Shown: positions 7,191 to 12,244 of the stretch, in pieces
How the letters are laid out: every line of letters begins with the position of its first letter
How positions within the stretch are numbered: the stretch's first letter is position 1
Assembly: GCA_041288095.1 (NCBI GenBank)
Contig: JBGGMJ010000024.1
Span: 1 to 12,244 of the forward strand
DNA: 12,244 nt
Source: Myxococcota bacterium
Lineage (GTDB): Bacteria > Myxococcota > XYA12-FULL-58-9 > JALHOP01
Direction: 5' to 3'
Position numbers and translations under genes: made by a program
The notes under the pieces: generated by a model
Databases searched by the model: none
What the model saw: the letters and a program-made list of their open reading frames with translations, nothing else
What the model was told of the DNA's origin: nothing

Positions 7191-8021
7191 ATGTCCGATC
7201 GGTCGGAGTTTTTGACGCGGCTCGCTGCCGCGCGTCGCGAGCACTGCTTCCCCACCGATCTGCGCCCACGCACCCAAGCCTTCCTGCAACGCACGTTGGC
7301 GCTCTTGTTTCCGCATTTCGCGGAGGGGCGAGGCTGCGCGCCCGAGAGCGTCGCGTCCGAGCTCGACGGCGCGGCGTCCGCTTTGGCGTCCTTGGTGCAT
7401 GACATCGCAGGGAGCGACAAAGCGTCCGCCTCGGCGTACTTCATGGATGCACTCCCCGGTGTCTGGCGGACCGCGCGTCAAGACGCGGAGGCGTTGCTCC
7501 ACAGCGACCCGGCGGCCAAATCCGTCGACGAGGTCGTCCTGGCTTACCCAGGCTTTTACGCGACGATTTGTCATCGCATTGCCCACGTCTTGCACACCGC
7601 CGCGGTGCCGGCCCTGCCCCGCCTCATCGCCGAGCTCGCCCGCGAGCGTACCGGCGTCGACATTCATCCAGGCGCCACCATCGGCAGGCGTTTCATGATC
7701 GACCACGGCAGCGGCGTCGTGATCGGCGAGACCGCGGCGATCGGCAACGGCGTGAAGCTCTTTCAAGGCGTGACCATAGGGGCGCTCACCGTCGACAAAC
7801 GCAGCGCGGGCAGCAAGCGCCATCCCACGCTCGGTGATCACGTGGTGGTGTACGCAAACGCAACCATCCTCGGCGGCGACACGGTCATCGGCCACGACAG
7901 CGTGATTGCCGGCAATGCATTCGTCACCAAGAGCATCCCGCCCTTTTCTCTCGTCGATCGCCACGGCGAAGCGCGTCCGCGTAGTGACAGCGGCGACTTC
8001 TCGGTCGACTTCAGCATCTAA
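7191..8021 (+). CDS. cysE: Serine O-acetyltransferase (EpsC/CysE type), 276 aa
   Basis: Motifs [71 protein letters not shown] (hexapeptide beta-helix) and C-terminal DFSI. ATG 7191 is preferred over the track's 7092, which overlaps the P450. Confidence 0.93.
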   Translation: MSDRSEFLTRLAAARREHCFPTDLRPRTQAFLQRTLALLFPHFAEGRGCAPESVASELDGAASALASLVHDIAGSDKASASAYFMDALPGVWRTARQDAEALLHSDPAAKSVDEVVLAYPGFYATICHRIAHVLHTAAVPALPRLIAELARERTGVDIHPGATIGRRFMIDHGSGVVIGETAAIGNGVKLFQGVTIGALTVDKRSAGSKRHPTLGDHVVVYANATILGGDTVIGHDSVIAGNAFVTKSIPPFSLVDRHGEARPRSDSGDFSVDFSI

Positions 8022-8035
8022 CCAAGGAGAATTTA

Positions 8036-8953
8036 GTGAGAGCCAATGACATCCTCGGCACCATCGGCAAGACGCCAACCGTGCGCATCAACCGCTTGTT
8101 CGCACACCGCCCCGACGTCGAAGTGTGGTGCAAGCTCGAGCGCGCCAACCCCGGCGGCAGCATCAAGGATCGCATCGCAGTGTCCATGATCGAAGACGCC
8201 GAGAAGCGCGGCATCTTGAAGAAGGGCAGCGTCATCATCGAGCCCACCTCGGGCAACACCGGCATCGGCCTGGCGATGGTCGCCGCGGTGAAGGGCTATC
8301 GTCTCATCCTGGTCATGCCCGACTCGATGAGCATCGAGCGCCGCCGTCTCATGGCCGCATACGGGGCCGAGTTCGATCTCACGCCTCGCGCCGTGGGCAT
8401 GAAGGGCGCGGTGGCACGGGCACAGGAGCTCGTGCAACAGACGCCGGACGCCTGGATGCCGCAGCAGTTCGACAACCCGTCGAACGTGGAGGTCCACCGC
8501 CGCACCACCGCGGTCGAGATCATCCAGGACTTTCCCGAAGGCCTGGACTTCTTGATCACCGGTGTCGGCACGGGCGGACACATCAGCGCCTGCGGAGAGG
8601 TGCTCAAGGAGAAGTGGCCGAAGCTCAAGGTCTTCGCGGTCGAGCCGGCCAAGTCACCACTCATCAGCGGCGGCCAGCCGGCGCCCCACACCATTCAAGG
8701 CATCGGCGCCAACTTCATCCCCAACAATCTGAACCGCGCCATTCTCGACGGCACCATCCAGGTCACGGACGAGGATGCGTTCGCCTTCGCCAAGCGCGCC
8801 GCCAAGGAAGAGGCGATCTTCCTCGGCGTATCATCGGGCGCGGCGCTCGCAGGCGTGAGCCAGAAGCTCGCGGACGTCCCGAAGGGAGCCCGCGTGTTGA
8901 CCTTCTGCTACGACACCGGCGAGCGCTACCTCTCGCTCGAGAATCTGTTTTAG
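8036..8953 (+). CDS. cysK: Cysteine synthase A (O-acetylserine sulfhydrylase), 305 aa
   Basis: PLP-lysine motif NPGGSIKDR, plus [29 protein letters not shown] and [11 protein letters not shown] start with strong SD AAGGAG at 8024-8029, 14 nt after the cysE stop. Confidence 0.96.
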   Translation: MRANDILGTIGKTPTVRINRLFAHRPDVEVWCKLERANPGGSIKDRIAVSMIEDAEKRGILKKGSVIIEPTSGNTGIGLAMVAAVKGYRLILVMPDSMSIERRRLMAAYGAEFDLTPRAVGMKGAVARAQELVQQTPDAWMPQQFDNPSNVEVHRRTTAVEIIQDFPEGLDFLITGVGTGGHISACGEVLKEKWPKLKVFAVEPAKSPLISGGQPAPHTIQGIGANFIPNNLNRAILDGTIQVTDEDAFAFAKRAAKEEAIFLGVSSGAALAGVSQKLADVPKGARVLTFCYDTGERYLSLENLF

Positions 8954-8973
8954 CGGTCTAGCGCTGACCGTTT
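8952..8973 (+). terminator. Weak candidate hairpin at the convergent cysK / lipoprotein junction
   Basis: CGGTC-tagcgct-GACCG (8954-8970), extendable by G-U and A-U pairs, followed by only TTT. Confidence 0.25.
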
Positions 8974-9785
8974 AGAGTCACCAGCACCGGGCTGCCGCCA
9001 TCCGGAGTGATCCGCAAGCTGGCGGTCTGGGTGCCGGTGCCCGCGTAGTAGATGTCGAGGACGACGGGGTCCGCCACCGGCACGCTCAAAGCGCACGTGC
9101 CGTCGGTGGAATCCGCGGCCTCGAGCTTGCAAAACAAGCCGAGCGCGCAGTCGTCGACGTCGTTGAGCTTGCAGGCGTTGCCCGGCGTCGGGGTGCCTTG
9201 GGCCAAGCTGAAGCTCGCGGCGCCCGCTCCGATGAACGAGTAGCCGGTGATGACGAGCGACTCGCGACCGACGTTGTAGTAGCGCAGAACGCCACGGCCT
9301 TCGGGCGCCCCGGCGGGGACGGTGATCGACACGGTCTTGTCGGCGACTTGTAGGTTCGGCTCGTCGCCGTTACCCGATGGCGCCACCACGTCGACGACGA
9401 ACTCGGGGAAGTTCGCGGCGTTGCTCGCGATGGTCACGTTCGCCACGTAGGCGCCGACCACGTTGGGCCGGAAGGTGATCGGGATGGAGGTCGCTTGGCG
9501 CGGGTTCACGGTGCTCTGGATCGGTTGACCCAAGGTGAAGCGCGTCGCGTCTTGGCCGGCGATGCTCACGCCCGAGATGGTGAGCGGATCGCGTCCCAGG
9601 TTGACGACCGGGATCTGCGAAACGCGCTGCCCACCCGGCGCCGTCAGGTCGAACGCCAGGAAGCCCGGGTTGACCAGCTGCGGCCCATCCGGCAACGGCT
9701 CCGCGGTGGACACCTCCTCATCCCCACACGCCACCCCCATCACCACACAGCAAACCGCCGCTCCAAGCTGCAGCCAAGTCTTCAT
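8958..9785 (-). CDS. Putative lipoprotein with two ASH / choice-of-anchor-D-like Ig domains, ~275 aa
   Basis: Signal MKTWLQLGAAVCCVVMGVA|C. Domain motifs VVNLGRDPLTISGVSIAG..F, ITFRP...GAYVANVTIASN, and a second copy YYNVGRESLVITGYSF...ASLRIT...VTLNG. ATG 9785 has GGAG about 9 nt upstream; alternatives are ATG 9794 and GTG 9800. Confidence 0.8.
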   Translation of the reverse strand: MKTWLQLGAAVCCVVMGVACGDEEVSTAEPLPDGPQLVNPGFLAFDLTAPGGQRVSQIPVVNLGRDPLTISGVSIAGQDATRFTLGQPIQSTVNPRQATSIPITFRPNVVGAYVANVTIASNAANFPEFVVDVVAPSGNGDEPNLQVADKTVSITVPAGAPEGRGVLRYYNVGRESLVITGYSFIGAGAASFSLAQGTPTPGNACKLNDVDDCALGLFCKLEAADSTDGTCALSVPVADPVVLDIYYAGTGTQTASLRITPDGGSPVLVTLNGQR

Positions 9786-9925
9786 GCTTCTCATCTCCAC
9801 GTAGCAAATACCTATTGCCGTAGGCCCTTGTAGCGCAAAGCGGGGCGGGATTCGAATCTCCAGCGACCGCTAGCGCGTCAGGCCGATCGCGGTTTAACCT
9901 CGATTCCTCGATGAACCGAACCCCC

Positions 9926-11806
9926 ATGCGCTGCGCTCTGTTTGTTGGACCCGTTCTGACGCTGGCGGCGTGCTTCGACTTCACTGCGACGCCGTTCGGG
10001 GAGAAGGGGCTGCGGTGCGATGTTGGGGGGAGGTGCGATCCGGGGTTGGTTTGTGATGCGGCGGATTTCTGCGTTGACCCGTGCGAGGGTGTCCGTTGCA
10101 GCGGTCATGGGGCGTGTGTGCAGGGCGCGGAGGGGTCAGCTGTTTGCGACTGCGACACGGGGTTCGTGGTCTCGGGACTCGATTGTCTCGAGGTCGGTAG
10201 CATGGGTGCGCCATGCGGACCGAGCGGAAGTTGCGCGCTCGGGCTTACCTGTGTTGCCGATGTTTGCGTTGATGCTTGCTCGCAAGTGGACTGCGGAGGG
10301 CATGGAACATGCGCGCTGTTTGGGACCACCACGCAGTGCGATTGTGACGCAGGCTATCACGTCGCGAACGAGACATGCGTCGACGACTGTCAGGGCGTGG
10401 CCTGCGGTGGTCACGGCACCTGCTCGCTCGTTGGCAGCTCGGCGACTTGCTCGTGCCAAGCGGGTTATGCACCGAGCGGGTTGACTTGCGTGTCGGACGC
10501 CTGCGTCCCCAACGGCAGCACCACTTTGGTATGCGAAAGCGGACACGTCCTCACGGTCGATAGTTGCGACCGGCGTATCGGCCAGCACGAGAACTGCGGA
10601 TACCGAGGCTGCAACGGCACCAACTGCAACGCGGTGACCTGGGTCGGCTATGGGCCTTCAGAGTTGGGCCCATGGACGGCGTCGCAAGGGTTCTCAACGA
10701 GCCCAGTCGGGGTGAGCAGAACCGGCAACGTGCTCAGCTCACGGATCGCTCTGGATGCAGCTGGGCGCCCCGTCGTCAGTTGGACTTTCTTCGGCACCAA
10801 CCGCGTTCGCCTGCTGCGCTGGAGCGGCAGCTCGTGGATCGGCGCGAGTAACACCGCGGGCAGTGATGTCGTGCTTGACGAGCAAGGCTATGCGGATGGT
10901 GTCTCTCTTGTCATGACTAGCGCCGACCAACCTGTCGTCGCTTGGGAAAGCCTCAGAGTGGATGGTTTCGAAATCTATCTCCGAGCCTGGAATGGGGCAG
11001 CTTGGAGTGACCTGGGTGCGTCGTCCACGGGTCCCGGCATAAGCAACAGCTCCGACGACGCCCATGCGGCGTCGATGGCCCTCTTGCCGACCGGTCAGCC
11101 CTTCGTCGCATGGCAGGACAACAGCACTGGCACGCACCGCGTTCGCGTCGCCCGTTGGACTGGGACCGCTTGGGCAGGCTTTCTTGGGGGTAACTACGAT
11201 GTCGTCGGGACGTCCAATGTGACAGCGCGCTACGCGTCGGTCGCAATCGACGGGTCAGCGCGACCCGTGGTGGCCTTCATCGCAGCAAACGAGCCAATGG
11301 CATTTCGGTTTGAGTTGGGGGCTTGGACTCGGCTAGGCGCCGGTTTCACGACTCTTGCCGATTCGATGCAGATGGCTGCCACACACGATGATCAGCTGTT
11401 GATTGTGTGGGAGGAGTCCGTGAGCTCGCAACGCGAGGTCTTTGTGCGTCTGTGGAACGGGAGCGCGTGGACAGAACTGGGTGGATCAGGAAGCGGGGGT
11501 GGAGTGAGTAACACTCTGACTCCATCTGCTGAGCCGACGATCTCAAGCGTCGTAGACGGCAAAGCGTTCGTCGCGTGGACCGAAGGCACGGGACCCGGTC
11601 GACAGGTCTTTCTTCGCCATTGGAATGGAGCATCGTGGAGTGAGTTTCCGCCCGGTTCTGCTTCTGGCGGCGGGGTATCGAACATGACGGGTGGCAATCA
11701 GGCGCCGTCAATCGCTGTCGCGCCGGAGCGGGTCTGCGTGTCCTGGCATGCTCAGGGAATCAACGACGCCAACCAAGACGTCTTTGCCCGCTGTGCCACG
11801 CGCTGA
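9926..11806 (+). CDS. Putative lipoprotein with EGF-like repeats and a Trp-rich beta-propeller-like C-terminal domain, ~626 aa
   Basis: Signal MRCALFVGPVLTLAA|C (lipobox LAAC; alternative ATG at 9911). Cys-rich N-terminal part with three 6-Cys EGF-pattern repeats, then about seven repeats ending in WxGxxW. Stop TGA at 11804-11806. Confidence 0.82.
   Translation: MRCALFVGPVLTLAACFDFTATPFGEKGLRCDVGGRCDPGLVCDAADFCVDPCEGVRCSGHGACVQGAEGSAVCDCDTGFVVSGLDCLEVGSMGAPCGPSGSCALGLTCVADVCVDACSQVDCGGHGTCALFGTTTQCDCDAGYHVANETCVDDCQGVACGGHGTCSLVGSSATCSCQAGYAPSGLTCVSDACVPNGSTTLVCESGHVLTVDSCDRRIGQHENCGYRGCNGTNCNAVTWVGYGPSELGPWTASQGFSTSPVGVSRTGNVLSSRIALDAAGRPVVSWTFFGTNRVRLLRWSGSSWIGASNTAGSDVVLDEQGYADGVSLVMTSADQPVVAWESLRVDGFEIYLRAWNGAAWSDLGASSTGPGISNSSDDAHAASMALLPTGQPFVAWQDNSTGTHRVRVARWTGTAWAGFLGGNYDVVGTSNVTARYASVAIDGSARPVVAFIAANEPMAFRFELGAWTRLGAGFTTLADSMQMAATHDDQLLIVWEESVSSQREVFVRLWNGSAWTELGGSGSGGGVSNTLTPSAEPTISSVVDGKAFVAWTEGTGPGRQVFLRHWNGASWSEFPPGSASGGGVSNMTGGNQAPSIAVAPERVCVSWHAQGINDANQDVFARCATR
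10082..10489 (+). repeat. Three EGF-like repeats C-x4-C-xGHGx-C-x8/9-C-x-C-x2-G[FY]-x6-C
   Basis: CEGVRCSGHGACVQGAEGSAVCDCDTGFVVSGLDC (10082-10186); CSQVDCGGHGTCALFGTTTQCDCDAGYHVANETC (10277-10378); CQGVACGGHGTCSLVGSSATCSCQAGYAPSGLTC (10388-10489). Confidence 0.85.
10748..11790 (+). repeat. About seven propeller-blade-like repeats (...G-x-P-x-VAW...V-x2-W-N-G-x2-W)
   Basis: GRPVVSW..LRWSGSSW; DQPVVAWE..RAWNGAAW; GQPFVAWQ..ARWTGTAW; ARPVVAF..RFELGAW; QLLIVWE..RLWNGSAW; KAFVAWTE..RHWNGASW; RVCVSW..DVFARC. Confidence 0.7.
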
Positions 11807-11857
11807 CCACCTAGTCCTACATCACTCGGCGAAGATCTTAGGGGTCTGCTACGTCGA

Positions 11858-11886
11858 TTGGTATTCGGGCGCGCATAGGCTAGCCT
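11858..11886 (+). promoter_or_regulatory. Candidate sigma70-type promoter TTGGTA-N17-TAGCCT
   Basis: TTGGTA at 11858-11863 and TAGCCT at 11881-11886 with an exact 17-nt spacer, 27 nt upstream of ATG 11914. Confidence 0.45.
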
Positions 11887-11893
11887 AACCAGA
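11875..11893. promoter_or_regulatory. DtxR/IdeR-like operator candidate containing a perfect 12-bp palindrome
   Basis: ATAGGCTAGCCTAACCAGA matches the DtxR consensus TTAGGTTAGCCTAACCTAA at 15/19 positions. TAGGCTAGCCTA (11876-11887) is a perfect palindrome and overlaps the candidate -10. Confidence 0.45.
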
Positions 11894-11913
11894 ACACTCT
11901 CAGGACTTGCGAA

Positions 11914-12244
11914 ATGAAGCTAAGCCTCCGTGGTTTGGGCCTATCTGGCCTCATCGCGCTGGCCGCGTGTGGTGGCGGCGGCGGTAACAACAACGTCATC
12001 GAGGGCGATGACGACGAAGAGATCGTTGATCCCAACGGTGGCCTCACAGCGCCGGCTCCGTGGAGCAACGTGACATTCACCGTGCAAGACGTCGAGGTGA
12101 AGAGCCCGTCTCAACCGGCAGGACGCGGTGGCAAGCTTGTCCGGGACGCTGCTGGAACGCTGTACTACACATACTTTCGCGCGGGCCCCACGGTGCCCGC
12201 GTGCGACATCGCTCTGTTTGGCGGTGACCGGGCGCCGAGCGTTG
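11914..12244 (+). CDS. 3'-partial putative lipoprotein of unknown function (not in the supplied ORF track)
   Basis: ATG 11914 with AGGA at 11902-11905. Translates MKLSLRGLGLSGLIALAA|CGGGGGNNNVIEGDDDEEIVDPNGG... (lipobox LAAC, Gly/acidic linker) and stays open for 110 codons to the window end. Confidence 0.85.
   Translation, partial: MKLSLRGLGLSGLIALAACGGGGGNNNVIEGDDDEEIVDPNGGLTAPAPWSNVTFTVQDVEVKSPSQPAGRGGKLVRDAAGTLYYTYFRAGPTVPACDIALFGGDRAPSV

Noticed and set aside
9803..9822. Sigma54 promoter for the minus-strand lipoprotein (CGGCAATAGGTATTTGCT)
   Set aside because: GG-to-GC spacing is 12 nt rather than the required 10.
9830..9920. Intact tRNA gene around TTCGAATC
   Set aside because: No complementary 5' acceptor strand, D-arm or anticodon arm on either strand, the T-stem is imperfect and there is no CCA. 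Kept only as a possible fragment.

Overview
GC-rich bacterial DNA whose gene content points to Myxococcota or a relative (inference). It holds eight CDSs. (1) A 5'-truncated VWA-domain protein with thrombospondin-type-3-like Ca-binding repeats, resembling Myxococcus MtsD/MtsE cohesion proteins but enlarged by CxDGxDNDGDG and Cys-rich repeats. (2) An overlapping ~950-aa MtsF-like putative lipoprotein with PPC-like repeats. (3) An atypical cytochrome P450 with no I-helix acid-Thr pair and a CYP152-like extended heme loop. (4-5) A cysE-cysK pair. (6) A convergent lipoprotein with two ASH/choice-of-anchor-D Ig-like domains. (7) A divergent lipoprotein with three EGF-like repeats and a Trp-rich propeller, with visibly different codon usage. 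(8) The 5' end of another lipoprotein that is missing from the ORF track. Non-coding signals are an SD-occluding hairpin crossed by a 16-codon mini-ORF before the P450, a possible leaderless promoter for cysE, a degenerate tRNA-3'-like fragment, and a DtxR/IdeR-like box over a sigma70-type promoter. I saw no CRISPR array, rRNA, intact tRNA or transposase. All family assignments come from motif recognition by eye; no searches were run.
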